Shown piece by piece: positions 1-11,174 of a stretch of DNA of 42,002 nucleotides. The position numbers were made by a program, and so were the translations under genes. This DNA is from Candidatus Deferrimicrobium sp. (lineage in GTDB: Bacteria > Desulfobacterota > Deferrimicrobia > Deferrimicrobiales > Deferrimicrobiaceae), in contig JBATEU010000477.1 in the NCBI GenBank assembly GCA_049664185.1, positions 1 to 42,002 on the forward strand. Direction: 5' to 3'. Each line of letters opens with the position of its first letter. Position 1 is the first letter of the stretch. The notes under the pieces were generated by a model. That model was not told the origin of the DNA. It made no database searches and saw nothing but the letters and a program-made list of their open reading frames with translations.

Positions 1-10
1 GAGCCGGGCG

Positions 11-1594
11 ATGGTTCTTCCTTGGGAGGATTCGGGAAACGGCCATTTTCCCGCAACCGGGGAGATGACCGAGGAATCCAGCCTGCTCCGGAGGGAAGAG
101 GAACTGAAGGATGGGATACGGCAGGCGCTGGAACGGCTGCTGGGGCTGACGGGCGCTTCCCATGTCGCCTATATCGCCCGGTCCGGATCGCCCGGATCCG
201 TCCTCCACGAGGGGTTCCTGCTCAGCCGCGGCTCGCCGGTCCCACGCGTGATCTCCCTTCCCGACACGTATGTCCCCGTTCGGGAGGCGACGGTTTTCAG
301 GAAACCGTTTCTCGAAATCGGTCCGGGCGCGAGGAGGTACGCCCCGTGGAAGAGCGGACCGGGAAACGCTCCCGCGGGGGTCGCCGCCGTCCCCGTTTTC
401 AGGGAAGGGGTGGTGGAAGGCGTTCTCCTGGCGGTCCGCGACGATGAGGGGCCATGGAGGGAGCCCGTGATCCCGGCGATGGAGCTGGCGGGGCATTTCG
501 TAGGACGCGATATCGAGCGGATGCGGGAGCTTCACCAGGGGGACCGGTACTTTCTTCGAGGCGATTGGTACCACAGGATGGTCCGGAAGATGGCGGAGGT
601 GGGGTCGGAAGGGGATCCGGAACCGATCGGAGGCGTGCGTTCGAGACGGGAGATGGTCTATGCGGAGACCGCGGCGCAGGTACGCCATCAGGTCGACGCG
701 GACAGGGTCCTTCTGGTCGAATCGGGCGAAAACCCGGGAAACGGCCGGCTCGCCTGGGTGCTTTCGTCGGATGGGGGTGGACCGGGCCCGGAGGGGTACG
801 AACCTCTCGGCGACAGTTACGTCGGTTGGGTGATCCGTACCAGTACGCAGCGCATCTTTCCGGGCACCGGCGGACCGCCGCGAAGCCAGGGAGTATTGCC
901 GGGATCGTGGGAGAGGGAAGGGGAGCGGTCGTTCCTGGTGCTGCCGGTGGAAGGCAGGGTGGGATTTCGGGGGGCACTGGTGTGCGCCCACCCTCAGGAG
1001 AAACGGTTCCTGAAACATCACGCGGAAGTCGCGCGGGATATCACAAGGGTCATGCGGCTCGGGCTCTCCCACGTCGAACGGCTCGAGTCGCTTACAAAAA
1101 AGGCGACAACGGACGGCTTGACCGGTCTGTGGAACCGGAAGGCGTTCCTCGAACGGCTGGCGGTGGATCTCGCGCGGCTCGACGGTCGCTACCCGTGCGG
1201 CGTCGTGATGGTGGACATCGATCATTTCAAGGGGGTCAACGACACGTACGGGCACCCGTTCGGGGACGAGGTGCTCCGGGGCGTGGCATCGGTCCTCGGG
1301 AAGGGAGTCCGCAAGGGAGATGCGGCGGGGCGGTACGGAGGGGAGGAATTCGTGCTCTACCTCCATATGGCGGACACCGAGCGGGCCCGGGAGGGCGCCG
1401 AGCGATTCCGCCGGATGATCCGGCAGATCCGTTTTTCACGCGATGGAAGGGAGATCGCCGTCACCGCTTCCTTCGGCGTCGCGTGCTCCCCCCACCACGG
1501 CAAGGGGGTGGAGGAGCTCCTGAAACACGCAGACGAGGCCCTCTATCTCTCCAAGGAGCGTGGCCGCGACCGGGTGACGGTGTACCCTGGGTGA
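11..1594 (+). CDS. GAF-domain-containing diguanylate cyclase (GGDEF)
   Basis: The C-terminal part reads GLTGLWNRKAF...VMVDIDHFKGVNDTYGHPFGDEVL...RYGGEEFVLYL, a GGDEF domain with a GGEEF active site. An RxxD (RKGD) I-site lies 5 residues upstream. The long N-terminal part looks like a GAF-type sensor. No in-frame stop lies between base 2 and the ATG at 11, so the true start could be upstream of the window. Confidence 0.85.
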   Translation: MVLPWEDSGNGHFPATGEMTEESSLLRREEELKDGIRQALERLLGLTGASHVAYIARSGSPGSVLHEGFLLSRGSPVPRVISLPDTYVPVREATVFRKPFLEIGPGARRYAPWKSGPGNAPAGVAAVPVFREGVVEGVLLAVRDDEGPWREPVIPAMELAGHFVGRDIERMRELHQGDRYFLRGDWYHRMVRKMAEVGSEGDPEPIGGVRSRREMVYAETAAQVRHQVDADRVLLVESGENPGNGRLAWVLSSDGGGPGPEGYEPLGDSYVGWVIRTSTQRIFPGTGGPPRSQGVLPGSWEREGERSFLVLPVEGRVGFRGALVCAHPQEKRFLKHHAEVARDITRVMRLGLSHVERLESLTKKATTDGLTGLWNRKAFLERLAVDLARLDGRYPCGVVMVDIDHFKGVNDTYGHPFGDEVLRGVASVLGKGVRKGDAAGRYGGEEFVLYLHMADTERAREGAERFRRMIRQIRFSRDGREIAVTASFGVACSPHHGKGVEELLKHADEALYLSKERGRDRVTVYPG

Positions 1595-1611
1595 AGCGTT
1601 GCCGCGGCGCG

Positions 1612-1640
1612 TTGACACCCCACGTCCAGCGGGCTAAACT
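1612..1640 (+). promoter_or_regulatory. Predicted sigma70-type promoter upstream of argS
   Basis: TTGACA (1612-1617), a 17-nt spacer, then TAAACT (1635-1640). It sits in the 82-nt gap between the GGDEF stop and the argS start. Motif match only. Confidence 0.45.
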
Positions 1641-1676
1641 ACAGGCTTTACAATCATTTTCCCTTCGAGGCGCTGT

Positions 1677-3341
1677 TTGGACGCACGTCGGATCGTCGAA
1701 TCCCTGGTCTTCTCCGCGGTACGGAAAAAAGTCGCGGAATGGGGAGAGGACGCGGAGGTTTCCGTCTCGCTGGAAATCCCCCGTCAGGAATCATACGGGG
1801 ATTTCTCCACCAACGCGGCGATGCAGCTCGCAGGGCGGCTCGGGAGAAAACCGAGGGCGGTAGCGGTGGAAATCGTCTCGGCGCTCCGCGAGGAAGACCG
1901 GCGGGGGCGCTTCGCGTCCCTGTCGATCGCCGGGCCGGGGTTCATCAACATCGTTCTCTCCGAGGAGTTCTGGAGGGAAGTCCTGACCGTCGCGCTCGAG
2001 AAGGGGTCTCGGTTCGGCTCCTCCAAGGCGGGGGAGGGAAAGGCCGTACACATCGAGTTCGTGTCGGCCAACCCGACCGGACCTCTCCACGTCGGTCACG
2101 GCCGCGGCGCCGCCGTCGGGGACGCCCTCGCCAGGATCCTCGAGTTCACCGGCCACAAGGTCGTCCGCGAATATTACATCAACGACGTCGGCAACCAGAT
2201 GGATAACCTCGGGCGCTCGCTCCTCGCGAGATACCGTGTCCTCTGCGGACGCAGCGCGGAGCTCCCCGAGGACGGTTATCGCGGGGAGTACATGATCGAA
2301 CTGGCGCGGGACTTCCGCGCGGAGGTGGGGGACCGGTACGCGGACTCGCCGGAGGAGGAGGCGCTTCCCGTCTTCAGGAAGGAGGCGGGAGATCGCATCC
2401 TTCTCGGAATCCGCGACGACCTCGCATCGTTCCGGGTGACGTACGACCGGTGGTTCGCGGAACGGGATCTGCACGACCGGGGCCTGGTTGCCGCCGCCCT
2501 CGCGGATCTCCGGGAGCGTGGCCAGCTCTACGAATCCGGCGGCGCGACCTATTTCCGCAGCCAGGCGCTGGGGGACGAAAAGGATCGAGTCCTGGTGCGC
2601 GCGGACGGGCGAACCACCTATTTCGCGGCGGACGTCGCATATCATCGGCACAAGCTGCGGGAAGGGTTTTCCCGGTTGATCGACATCTGGGGAGCCGACC
2701 ATCACGGGTACGTGCCGAGGCTGCGCGCGGCGCTTCGGGGGCTCGGGGAAGACGAGAACCGTCTCGAAGTGCTTCTCGTCCAGTTCGTCACCCTGATCCG
2801 CGATGGGAAGGCGGTCCAGATGTCGACCCGGTCGGGGGAATTCACGACCCTTCGCGAAGTCCTCGACGAGGTCGGGGTCGACGCCGCCCGGTTTTTCTAC
2901 CTGCTGCGCAGTTTCCATACCCACCTGGACTTCGACCTCACCTTGGCGAAGACCCGGTCGCGGAACAACCCTGTGTATTACATCCAGTACGTGCACGCCC
3001 GGATCTGCTCCATTTTCCGGGAGGCGGAAGCCCAGGGGAAGACGCTCAGCGGGCGCCCGCCCCTCTCCATCCTTACCTTCCCCGAGGAAGTGCGGCTGAT
3101 GAAGGCGGTCGCCCGATTTCCGGACGTCGTCTCGGAGTGCGCGAAGACGCTGGAGCCGCACCGGATTCCCTTTTATCTCCTCGAGGTTTCGGATCTCTTT
3201 CATGCCTTTTACCATCAGCACCGGTTCCTCGGGGAGTCTCCCGAGAGGACGCAGGCCCGGCTCGCGCTCGCCCTCGGGGTGAAGACAGTGGTCGCGTCCG
3301 GGCTTTCGATGATCGGCGTGACGGCACCGGACCGGATGTGA
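1677..3341 (+). CDS. argS: Arginine--tRNA ligase
   Basis: 554 aa. HIGH-type motif ANPTGPLHVGHGRGAAVGD, KMSKS-like MSTRSG, and the typical C-terminal ...APDRM. TTG start preceded by GAGG at 1666-1669. Confidence 0.95.
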   Translation: MDARRIVESLVFSAVRKKVAEWGEDAEVSVSLEIPRQESYGDFSTNAAMQLAGRLGRKPRAVAVEIVSALREEDRRGRFASLSIAGPGFINIVLSEEFWREVLTVALEKGSRFGSSKAGEGKAVHIEFVSANPTGPLHVGHGRGAAVGDALARILEFTGHKVVREYYINDVGNQMDNLGRSLLARYRVLCGRSAELPEDGYRGEYMIELARDFRAEVGDRYADSPEEEALPVFRKEAGDRILLGIRDDLASFRVTYDRWFAERDLHDRGLVAAALADLRERGQLYESGGATYFRSQALGDEKDRVLVRADGRTTYFAADVAYHRHKLREGFSRLIDIWGADHHGYVPRLRAALRGLGEDENRLEVLLVQFVTLIRDGKAVQMSTRSGEFTTLREVLDEVGVDAARFFYLLRSFHTHLDFDLTLAKTRSRNNPVYYIQYVHARICSIFREAEAQGKTLSGRPPLSILTFPEEVRLMKAVARFPDVVSECAKTLEPHRIPFYLLEVSDLFHAFYHQHRFLGESPERTQARLALALGVKTVVASGLSMIGVTAPDRM

Positions 3342-4006
3342 GATCGCTCCGCCACAAACTCGGATTTCGTCGCGGGGATCCCGAACGGCACTCCTTCGCC
3401 TTCTTCGTCGTGGGCACCATCGTCGTGATCGCCGTCGCATTTTTTCTCGGCTTCCAGTTGGGGAGATACGTCGAGAAGGGCGCGGGGAAGGAGGCGGTGG
3501 GGAATATCGCTTCCCGGGGGCCTGCGGGGGAGAACAGTGCGCGTATCTCCACCTCCGCGGAGATCAGGAAGGACATATCGTCGTTTTCGGAAGAAGCGGC
3601 GAAGATCCCCGCGGTGGCCCCTCCCGCCGCGATCCCTCCGACCGCCGGGGAGGATCTGAGGAAGACGGAGTCCGAGGCCACCTTTCCCGAGGCGCTTTCC
3701 CGGAAAGATCCCTCCCCGGAGCCGATGGGGAAGAAAAAGAGGAAGTCCCCGGCCGTCGCCCCTTCCGTGGAGGCGAAGTTCATGCTGCAGGCGGGGGCGA
3801 TGAAATCCCGCGATACCGCCGATGCCTTGCGGAAGAGGCTCGACCGGCGCGGATACAAGGCGAGGGTGATCCACGCGACGACCCGGACCCGCGGGGAAGT
3901 GTACCGCGTCCGCATGGGGCCGTTCGGTTCCCGCGACGAGGCCATGAAGGCGATGAAGTCGATAAAAACCGAGATGAAGATCGACGTGATCCTGCTGAAG
4001 GGATGA
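3338..4006 (+). CDS. SPOR domain-containing membrane protein
   Basis: The GTG at 3338 overlaps the argS stop (ATGTGA). An N-terminal TM helix (FAFFVVGTIVVIAVAFFLGF) is followed by a low-complexity P/A/E linker. The C-terminus is SPOR-like (FMLQAGAMKSRDTADALRKRLDRRGYKARV...YRVRMGPFGSRDEAMKAMKSIK). The listed ORF 2450..4006 is an upstream shadow extension inside argS. Confidence 0.8.
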   Translation: MRSLRHKLGFRRGDPERHSFAFFVVGTIVVIAVAFFLGFQLGRYVEKGAGKEAVGNIASRGPAGENSARISTSAEIRKDISSFSEEAAKIPAVAPPAAIPPTAGEDLRKTESEATFPEALSRKDPSPEPMGKKKRKSPAVAPSVEAKFMLQAGAMKSRDTADALRKRLDRRGYKARVIHATTRTRGEVYRVRMGPFGSRDEAMKAMKSIKTEMKIDVILLKG

Positions 4007-4015
4007 GGTGACGCC

Positions 4016-5506
4016 GTGATCGTTCCCGACAAGGAACAGTTTCTCCGGCAGGCGGAGATAGGGACGCTGGTCCCCGTCTTCCGGGAGTACCACGCCGACC
4101 TGGAGACCCCGGTCTCCGCCTACCTGAAGATTTCGGCCCGGTTCCCGACCGATCATTTCCTGCTCGAGAGCGTCGAGGGGGGGGAAAAGTGGGCCCGGTA
4201 CTCCTTCATCGGTTTCGACCCGCATCTCCGGTTTCGAGCCGACGCGAAGGGGATCTCGGTCCGACGGGGGGGGGAGACGCGGGACGTTCCCGTCACCGGG
4301 GATCCGCTCGACGCGCTCGCGGGGATCCTGAAGGAGATCCGGTACCGTCCGGCGCCGGGCCTCCCGAGGCTTTCGGGCGGGGCGGTCGGCTACATCGGGT
4401 ACGACTACGTGCGGTACCTCGAAAAGGTCGGTGGGAGCAGGCCGTTGACCGACGACCCCGACGCGATGTTCCTGTTTCCGTCCCGGCTCGTGATCTTCGA
4501 CAACGTCCGGCACACGATCCTCATCGTCGCCCACGGTTCGGTCCGCGCCGGGGAGGATCCGGGCGCCGCGTACGGACGCACGCTCGAGGCGATCGAGGAA
4601 GTTCGTGAAATCCTCCGCGTGCCCCTGGAAGGATCCGAGGTCCCCGACGGGGACGACGGTGGGGAGCCGCCCGCATTCGAGATGACCCGAGGGACGTTTC
4701 TCGACGCGGTGCGCAAGGCCAAGGAGCACATCCGGAACGGCGACATCATCCAGGCGGTTCTCTCCAACCGGGCGACCGTCCGCACGAGGCGGACGCCCGC
4801 CGAGGTGTACCGCGTGCTTCGAGCCCTGAATCCCTCCCCCTACATGTACCTGCTGAGAATGGGGGACCTGTCGGTCGTCGGTTCCTCGCCGGAGATCCTC
4901 GTTCGGCTCGAAGGGGACGAGATCCAGCTCCGGCCGATCGCCGGGACGCGCCCCCGGGGGGCCACCCCTTCGGAAGACCGCCGGCTGGAGGCGGAGCTGC
5001 TGTCGGATCCGAAGGAACTCGCGGAGCACGTTATGCTCGTGGACCTTGGCCGCAACGATGTCGGCCGGGTCGCGGCGTGGGGATCCGTGAAGGCCGACGA
5101 ACTGATGGGGATCGAGCGGTACTCGCACGTCATGCACATCGTGTCGAACGTGGTCGGGAAGCTACGCGCGGGGCTCACCGCGTTTGACGTGTTCCGCGCG
5201 GCGTTTCCCGCGGGGACGGTCTCGGGGGCGCCGAAGGTCCGCGCGATGCAGATCATCTCCGAACTCGAACCGTTCCGCCGGGGGATCTACGCGGGGGCGG
5301 TGGGGTATTTCGACCTGCAGGGAAGCATGGACTTCTGCATCGCCATCCGGACCATCGTGATGTCGGGGGGGGAGGCGATGATCCAGGCCGGGGCGGGGAT
5401 CGTGGCGGATTCGGACCCGGCGCGGGAGTGGGACGAGATCCTGAGCAAGGCGAAGATCCTCTTCCGCGCCGTCGGCGTTTCGCCGGAAGCGCAGGAGGCG
5501 CAATGA
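4016..5506 (+). CDS. trpE: Anthranilate synthase component I
   Basis: 496 aa. N-terminus [22 protein letters not shown] and a chorismate-binding C-terminal region (...[20 protein letters not shown]...[10 protein letters not shown]). GTG start with GAGG 7 nt upstream. Confidence 0.95.
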   Translation: MIVPDKEQFLRQAEIGTLVPVFREYHADLETPVSAYLKISARFPTDHFLLESVEGGEKWARYSFIGFDPHLRFRADAKGISVRRGGETRDVPVTGDPLDALAGILKEIRYRPAPGLPRLSGGAVGYIGYDYVRYLEKVGGSRPLTDDPDAMFLFPSRLVIFDNVRHTILIVAHGSVRAGEDPGAAYGRTLEAIEEVREILRVPLEGSEVPDGDDGGEPPAFEMTRGTFLDAVRKAKEHIRNGDIIQAVLSNRATVRTRRTPAEVYRVLRALNPSPYMYLLRMGDLSVVGSSPEILVRLEGDEIQLRPIAGTRPRGATPSEDRRLEAELLSDPKELAEHVMLVDLGRNDVGRVAAWGSVKADELMGIERYSHVMHIVSNVVGKLRAGLTAFDVFRAAFPAGTVSGAPKVRAMQIISELEPFRRGIYAGAVGYFDLQGSMDFCIAIRTIVMSGGEAMIQAGAGIVADSDPAREWDEILSKAKILFRAVGVSPEAQEAQ

Positions 5507-7125
5507 TCGCCGTCATCGACAATTACGATTCGTTCACCTGGAACCTCGTGCAATATATCAGCGAACTCGGCGCCGAAGTGGAGGTGTTCCGCAACGACGC
5601 GATCACGGTGGAGGAACTGGCGCTCCGCAACCCCGCCGGCCTGGTGATCTCGCCGGGGCCGGGAGGGCCGGACGAGGCCGGGATCTCTCTCGACGCGATC
5701 CGGGCGTTCGAGGACCGGGTCCCCATTCTCGGCGTCTGCCTGGGGCACCAGTGCATCGGGCAGGCGTTCGGGGGACGGATCGTCCACGCCCAGGCGCTGA
5801 TGCACGGGAAGACCTCACGCGTTCGGCACAACGGCAAGGGGATCTTTTCGATGGTCGAGAACCCGATGACCGCCACGAGGTACCATTCCCTCGCCGTGGA
5901 ACGCGGGACCCTTCCCCCGGAACTGGAGGTGTGCGCCGAGGCCGAGGACGGGGAGGTGATGGGGGTCCGCCACCTCGAAAAACCGGTCTTCGGCGTGCAG
6001 TTCCACCCCGAGTCGATCCTGACCCAGTCGGGAATGCGGCTTCTCGAAAATTTCCTTTCCCTGATCGACCCGTCCCAGCCGGTCCTGCGCGAGTTCGGGA
6101 ACATCCGCGAGGCGATCGCCGCCGTGTCGGGGCGCAAGAACCTGTCGGCCGACGGGATGCGGGACGCGATGCGGATGATCATGGGGGGGGAGGCTTCCCC
6201 CGCCCAGATCTCCTCGTTCCTGTCCTGTCTCTCCATGAAGGGGGAGACGATCACGGAGATCGCCGCGGCCGCCGAGGTGATGCGGCAAAAGGCGATCCGC
6301 ATCGTCCCTCCGGCGGGGAAAGAAGCGCTCGACACGTGCGGGACGGGCGGGGACCGGGCCGGCACGTTCAACATTTCCACAACGGTCGCGTTCGTCGCCG
6401 CGGGAGCCGGCATCGCCGTGGCAAAGCACGGGAACCGGTCCGTGACCAGCCGCTCCGGAAGCGCGGACGTGCTGGAAGCGCTCGGCATGGATCTGAACGC
6501 GGACCCCGCGAGGGTGCAGCGGGCCCTCGACGAGGCCGGGATCACCTTCATGTTCGCTCCCAGGTTCCACGCCGCGATGAAATACGCCATCGGCCCGCGA
6601 CGGGAGATCGCCATCCGGACGATCTTCAATATCCTCGGCCCGATCAGTAACCCCGCCGGCGTCCGGCGCCAGGTCGTCGGCGTGTTCAGCGAGGAGCTCG
6701 GGGATACGTACGCCAGGGTTCTCGCGGAATCCGGCCACCTTCACGCGTTCGTGGTCCACGGGACCGACGGGCTGGACGAGGTCTCCCTCGCCGCGCCGAC
6801 GATCGTATGGGAGGTGCGGGAGGGAAAGGTGAAGCGTTTCCTCTTCGACCCGCGCCCCTTCGGGTTCGAATACGTCCCCATGGGCGCCCTTCGGGGGGGG
6901 GATGCCGTCACGAACGCGAAGATCCTGACGGGGGTTCTCTCGGGCGATCCGGGCCCGGCGCGCCAGGCGGTGCTCGTGAACGCCGCCTTCGCGGTGGTCG
7001 CCGGCGGGGCCGCGCAGGATCTGCGGGACGGGGTGCGGAAGGCGACCCGCTCGATCGATTCGGGCGCGGCGATGGAACGGCTTCGGTCATTCCTTTCCAT
7101 CCTCGGAAAGAGGGAAACGCGCTGA
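5503..7125 (+). CDS. trpGD: Bifunctional anthranilate synthase component II (glutamine amidotransferase) / anthranilate phosphoribosyltransferase
   Basis: The ATG at 5503 overlaps the trpE stop (ATGA). The N-terminal half is TrpG ([34 protein letters not shown]). It continues without a stop into TrpD ([50 protein letters not shown]). The architecture matches E. coli TrpD(G). Confidence 0.92.
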   Translation: MIAVIDNYDSFTWNLVQYISELGAEVEVFRNDAITVEELALRNPAGLVISPGPGGPDEAGISLDAIRAFEDRVPILGVCLGHQCIGQAFGGRIVHAQALMHGKTSRVRHNGKGIFSMVENPMTATRYHSLAVERGTLPPELEVCAEAEDGEVMGVRHLEKPVFGVQFHPESILTQSGMRLLENFLSLIDPSQPVLREFGNIREAIAAVSGRKNLSADGMRDAMRMIMGGEASPAQISSFLSCLSMKGETITEIAAAAEVMRQKAIRIVPPAGKEALDTCGTGGDRAGTFNISTTVAFVAAGAGIAVAKHGNRSVTSRSGSADVLEALGMDLNADPARVQRALDEAGITFMFAPRFHAAMKYAIGPRREIAIRTIFNILGPISNPAGVRRQVVGVFSEELGDTYARVLAESGHLHAFVVHGTDGLDEVSLAAPTIVWEVREGKVKRFLFDPRPFGFEYVPMGALRGGDAVTNAKILTGVLSGDPGPARQAVLVNAAFAVVAGGAAQDLRDGVRKATRSIDSGAAMERLRSFLSILGKRETR

Positions 7126-7895
7126 CCCATCTCGATCGCATCCTGTCGGGTGTCCGCGAGGAACTTTCCGCACGGAAGGCGCTAGTTCCGATCGGGGACC
7201 TTCGTCGGACCGCTTCGATGCGAGGTCCGGCGAAGGATCTCCTCCGGACGATCCCCGAAGGTCCGGGCATCATCGCCGAGATCAAGCGCGCCTCTCCCTC
7301 GCGGGGATGGATCCGCCGGGATCTCGACGCCGTGGCGACCGCCGCCGCCTATCTCGCGGGGGGCGCGTGGGCGGTCTCCGTTCTGACGGAGGGAAGGAGC
7401 TTCGGGGGGTCGCTCGCGGACCTGTCGGACATCCGTGCCGCGTTCCCGGAGGCGACCCTTCTGCGAAAGGATTTCGTGCTGGACGAATACATGCTGGCGG
7501 AGTCCCGGGCGCACGGCGCCGACCTTGTCCTGCTCATGGTCTCCGTCCTCGGGGAGAAGACGGGAGAGATGGCGGCGCTGGCGGTCTCGCAGGGGCTTGA
7601 ACCGCTGGTGGAAGCGCGCGATGCCGCGGAGATCGCGATCGCCGCGCGTTCCGGGGCGCGTCTGATCGGGATCAACAACCGGAACCTGGACACCTTGACC
7701 GTGGACTTGTCCACGGGGGCACGGCTGCTCCCCCTTCTTCCCGCCGGGGCGTACCCGGTCGTGGAGAGCGGCATCACGACGGCGGAGCAGGTTCGGGAGT
7801 TCCACAGAGCCGGCGCCCGCCTCTTCCTGATCGGCGAGTCCCTGGCCGGGAGCAAAGACCCCGCTGACACGATCCGCGGGTATGTGGGAAAATGA
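7122..7895 (+). CDS. trpC: Indole-3-glycerol phosphate synthase
   Basis: [13 protein letters not shown]..., [38 protein letters not shown]. The 3' end is secure. There is no ATG/GTG/TTG near the homologous N-terminus. The best candidate is the CTG at 7122, with GAGGG at 7109-7113 lying 8 nt upstream, overlapping the trpGD stop. The start coordinate is therefore uncertain. Confidence 0.8.
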   Translation: MTHLDRILSGVREELSARKALVPIGDLRRTASMRGPAKDLLRTIPEGPGIIAEIKRASPSRGWIRRDLDAVATAAAYLAGGAWAVSVLTEGRSFGGSLADLSDIRAAFPEATLLRKDFVLDEYMLAESRAHGADLVLLMVSVLGEKTGEMAALAVSQGLEPLVEARDAAEIAIAARSGARLIGINNRNLDTLTVDLSTGARLLPLLPAGAYPVVESGITTAEQVREFHRAGARLFLIGESLAGSKDPADTIRGYVGK

Positions 7896-7938
7896 CGGGG
7901 CATTCCATGGGATACCAAGGCGCAAAGGAGACGACGCG

Positions 7939-9297
7939 ATGAGAGTGAAGTTTCTCCTCAAAGACTCGGAGATACCGAAGACCTGGTACAACGTCATGGC
8001 GGACATGCCGAACCCTCCGGCGGCGGTGCTCCACCCCGGAACCGGCAAGCCGGTGAGCCCCGACGATCTCGCCCCGCTGTTCCCCATGCCCCTGATCGAG
8101 CAGGAAGTGTCGGCGCAGCGGGAGATCCCTATCCCCGCGGCGGTCCGGGACATCTACACCCTCTGGCGGCCGACGCCGATGTACCGCGCCCTGCGACTCG
8201 AGGAGTCCCTCGGAACGAAGTCGAAGATTTACTACAAGTACGAGGGCGTCAGTCCCGCGGGGAGCCACAAACCGAACACCTCCATCCCGCAGGCGTATTA
8301 CAACAAGATGGCGGGACGGAAGAGGATCGCGACGGAGACGGGGGCCGGGCAGTGGGGTTCCGCCATGGCCCTCGCCGGAACGTTCTTCGGCCTCGAGGTG
8401 AAGGTGTACATGGTGAAGGTAAGCTACAACCAGAAGCCGTACCGCCGCATGCTCATGGAAACCTGGGGGGCGAAGGTCGTCCCGTCCCCCAGCCGGGACA
8501 CCAACTCGGGGCGAGTCCTCCTTGCCGCGGATCCGGACTCGCCGGGATCCCTCGGCATCGCGATCAGCGAGGCCGTCGAGGACGCCGCGACGCACGATGA
8601 CACGAGCTACGCCCTCGGGTCCGTCCTCAACCACGTCTGTCTCCACCAGACGGTCATCGGCCTCGAGGCGAAGGAGCAGATGAAACTGGCCGGGGATTAT
8701 CCCGACGTCGTCATCGCATGCTGCGGCGGAGGGAGCAACCTCGCCGGGATCGGTTTCCCCTTCCTTCGGGACAAGATCGCGGGGAAGAAGAATCCGCGAA
8801 TCGTCGCTGCCGAGCCGTCCTCCTGTCCGACCCTCACCAAGGGGATCTACGCCTACGATTTCGGGGACACGGCGAAACTGACGCCGATGCTCAAGATGTA
8901 CACCCTCGGGCACGATTTCGTGCCCGCCGGGATCCACGCGGGGGGTCTCCGGTATCACGGGGACTCGGCGCTGATCAGCCAGCTTCGCCACGAGGGGCTG
9001 CTCGAAGCCCAGGCGTTCGGTCAGATCGCCGTCTTCGAAAGCGCGATGACCTTCGCGCGGACGGAGGGGATCCTGCCGGCGCCCGAGTCGTCCCACGCCA
9101 TCCACTCGGCGATCCTCGAGGCGAAGCGCGCGGACGAGGAGGGGAAGCGGAGGACCATCCTCTTCAACCTGAGCGGACACGGGTTCTTCGACCTGACCGC
9201 CTACGACGACTACCTCAACGGGCGGTTGAAGGATTTCGACTATCCGGAAGAGAAGATCGCAGAGGCGCTTCACCGCCTCCCGAAGGCAGGGGGCTAG
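7939..9297 (+). CDS. trpB2: Tryptophan synthase beta-like protein, TrpB2 family
   Basis: About 452 aa. Long N-terminal extension (KDSEIPKTWYNVMADMPNPP...LIEQEVS), PLP-lysine motif GSHKPNT (TrpB2-type, versus GSHKINN in TrpB1) and a C-terminal NLSGHG. The ATG at 7939 is preceded by AGGAG. The ATG at 7882 would overlap trpC and is less likely. Confidence 0.9.
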   Translation: MRVKFLLKDSEIPKTWYNVMADMPNPPAAVLHPGTGKPVSPDDLAPLFPMPLIEQEVSAQREIPIPAAVRDIYTLWRPTPMYRALRLEESLGTKSKIYYKYEGVSPAGSHKPNTSIPQAYYNKMAGRKRIATETGAGQWGSAMALAGTFFGLEVKVYMVKVSYNQKPYRRMLMETWGAKVVPSPSRDTNSGRVLLAADPDSPGSLGIAISEAVEDAATHDDTSYALGSVLNHVCLHQTVIGLEAKEQMKLAGDYPDVVIACCGGGSNLAGIGFPFLRDKIAGKKNPRIVAAEPSSCPTLTKGIYAYDFGDTAKLTPMLKMYTLGHDFVPAGIHAGGLRYHGDSALISQLRHEGLLEAQAFGQIAVFESAMTFARTEGILPAPESSHAIHSAILEAKRADEEGKRRTILFNLSGHGFFDLTAYDDYLNGRLKDFDYPEEKIAEALHRLPKAGG

Positions 9298-9307
9298 TTT
9301 TTCCGGA

Positions 9308-9970
9308 ATGTTCCGTATCAAGATCTGCGGGGTGACCCGCCCGGAGGACGCCGCGCACGCCGTCGCGTGCGGGGCGGAGGCGATCGGCATCAACTTTTTC
9401 CCGGGATCGCCGCGGTTCGTTCCCGAGGACCTCGCACGGGAGATCGTCGGAGCGGTGGCGGATCGGGCGGAGGTTGTGGGGGTGTTCGTGAACCAGTCCC
9501 CGGAAACGATCGTGCCGTTGTGCGGACGTCTCGGGATCCGCCGGGTTCAGCTTCATGGGGACGAGCCTCCCGGGGATGCCTCCCGCGTCCCTCTCTGGCG
9601 GATCAAGGCGGTCCACGCGGACCTTCCAGCGGACCTTCCCGCGCTCCTCGGGTATCCGTGCGAGGCGTTCCTGCTGGACGCCGGCGGCAGGGGGTCCTAC
9701 GGCGGGACCGGTCGGGAACTGGCGTGGGAGGAGCTCGGGGATCGGTTTCCGGGGATCGCGGATGCGCGATGCGCGTGCGGCGAGCGGAAGCCGTGGATTC
9801 TTGCGGGCGGGCTCACCCCTTCGAACGTCGAGCGCGCCATCCTCGCGGCGAGGCCCTTCGGGGTCGATGTCGCCTCCGGCGTGGAGTCGTCCCCGGGCAG
9901 GAAAGACCCGGGGAAGGTGAAAACGTTCATCGAACGCGCGAAAGCGGGGTTCCGGATTGCCGAAGCGTAA
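9308..9970 (+). CDS. trpF: N-(5'-phosphoribosyl)anthranilate isomerase
   Basis: [15 protein letters not shown]...[17 protein letters not shown]...QLHGDE...[11 protein letters not shown]...GVDVASGVE. Confidence 0.9.
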   Translation: MFRIKICGVTRPEDAAHAVACGAEAIGINFFPGSPRFVPEDLAREIVGAVADRAEVVGVFVNQSPETIVPLCGRLGIRRVQLHGDEPPGDASRVPLWRIKAVHADLPADLPALLGYPCEAFLLDAGGRGSYGGTGRELAWEELGDRFPGIADARCACGERKPWILAGGLTPSNVERAILAARPFGVDVASGVESSPGRKDPGKVKTFIERAKAGFRIAEA

Positions 9971-9980
9971 GGGGAACGGG

Positions 9981-11174
9981 ATGCCGGATCCGGCGGGCCA
10001 CTTCGGCCCCTTCGGGGGGAGGTACGTCTCCGAGACGCTGATGTCCGCCCTGATCGAACTGGACAAGGCGTACCGGGAGGCGTGGCGCGACCGGTCCTTC
10101 CATCGGGAGCTTGACGGCCTCCTCAAGAATTACGCCGGCCGGCCGACTCCGCTGTACTTCGCGGGGCGTCTTACGGAAAAGGCGGGAGGCGCCCGGATCT
10201 ACATCAAGCGGGAGGACCTCGCCCACACCGGGTCCCACAAGATCAACAACACGCTGGGGCAGGGGCTGCTGGCGCGCAGGATGGGAAAGCGGCGGATCAT
10301 CGCGGAAACGGGCGCGGGCCAGCATGGGGTCGCGACGGCCACCGTCTGCGCCAGGATGGGGATTCCTTGCGAGATCTACATGGGGGAGGAGGACATCCGG
10401 CGGCAGTCCCACAACGTTTTCCGCATGCGTCTGCTGGGAGCCCGCGTCCACCCGGTGACCTCGGGAAGCCGGACGCTGAAGGACGCCATGAACGAGGCGC
10501 TTCGCGACTGGGTGACGAACGTCCGGACCACCTACTACCTGATCGGTTCCACGGCGGGGCCGCACCCGTACCCCGAAATGGTCCGGGACTTCCAGTCGGT
10601 GATCGGGCGGGAAGCGCTGCCCCAGTTCCGGAAGGCGGAAGGGAAACTGCCGACCGCCGTCGTCGCCTGCGTGGGGGGAGGAAGCAACGCGATGGGGATC
10701 TTCACCTCCTTTCTGCGATTTCCCCGCGTGCGGCTCTACGGGGTGGAGGCGGGGGGTCTCGGTCTCTCCTCCGGGAGACACGGGGCGACGCTTTCCCGCG
10801 GGAAGGTCGGCGTTCTCCACGGGAGCAAATCGTTCCTCCTGCAGGATGCGAACGGGCAGATTCTCGAGGCCCACTCGATCTCAGCGGGGCTGGACTACCC
10901 CGGGGTGGGTCCGGAACATGCGTGGTTGAAGGAGACCGGCAGGGCGGAATACGTCTCCGTGACGGACGCGCAGGCGCTTTCGGGCTTCTCCCTCCTCTCC
11001 CGGTACGAGGGGATCCAGCCGGCGCTCGAGTCGTCCCACGCCGTCGCGTTCGCGGTCCGACTGGCGAAAACGATGCGGCGGTCCGGGACCGTCCTGGTGA
11101 ATCTCTCCGGGCGGGGCGACAAGGACATGGGGATCCTGATGGAATTGCAGGGGGGCGCCCGTGACGGCGATTGA
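9981..11174 (+). CDS. trpB: Tryptophan synthase beta chain (TrpB1)
   Basis: [47 protein letters not shown] prefer the ATG at 9981, which clears the trpF stop at 9970. The ATG at 9957 is an alternative. Confidence 0.93.
   Translation: MPDPAGHFGPFGGRYVSETLMSALIELDKAYREAWRDRSFHRELDGLLKNYAGRPTPLYFAGRLTEKAGGARIYIKREDLAHTGSHKINNTLGQGLLARRMGKRRIIAETGAGQHGVATATVCARMGIPCEIYMGEEDIRRQSHNVFRMRLLGARVHPVTSGSRTLKDAMNEALRDWVTNVRTTYYLIGSTAGPHPYPEMVRDFQSVIGREALPQFRKAEGKLPTAVVACVGGGSNAMGIFTSFLRFPRVRLYGVEAGGLGLSSGRHGATLSRGKVGVLHGSKSFLLQDANGQILEAHSISAGLDYPGVGPEHAWLKETGRAEYVSVTDAQALSGFSLLSRYEGIQPALESSHAVAFAVRLAKTMRRSGTVLVNLSGRGDKDMGILMELQGGARDGD

Noticed and set aside
4007-4015. Looked for a trp leader peptide, attenuator or T-box upstream of trpE.
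   Set aside because: Only 9 nt separate the SPOR gene stop from the trpE GTG. There is no room for a leader, tandem Trp codons or a terminator hairpin.
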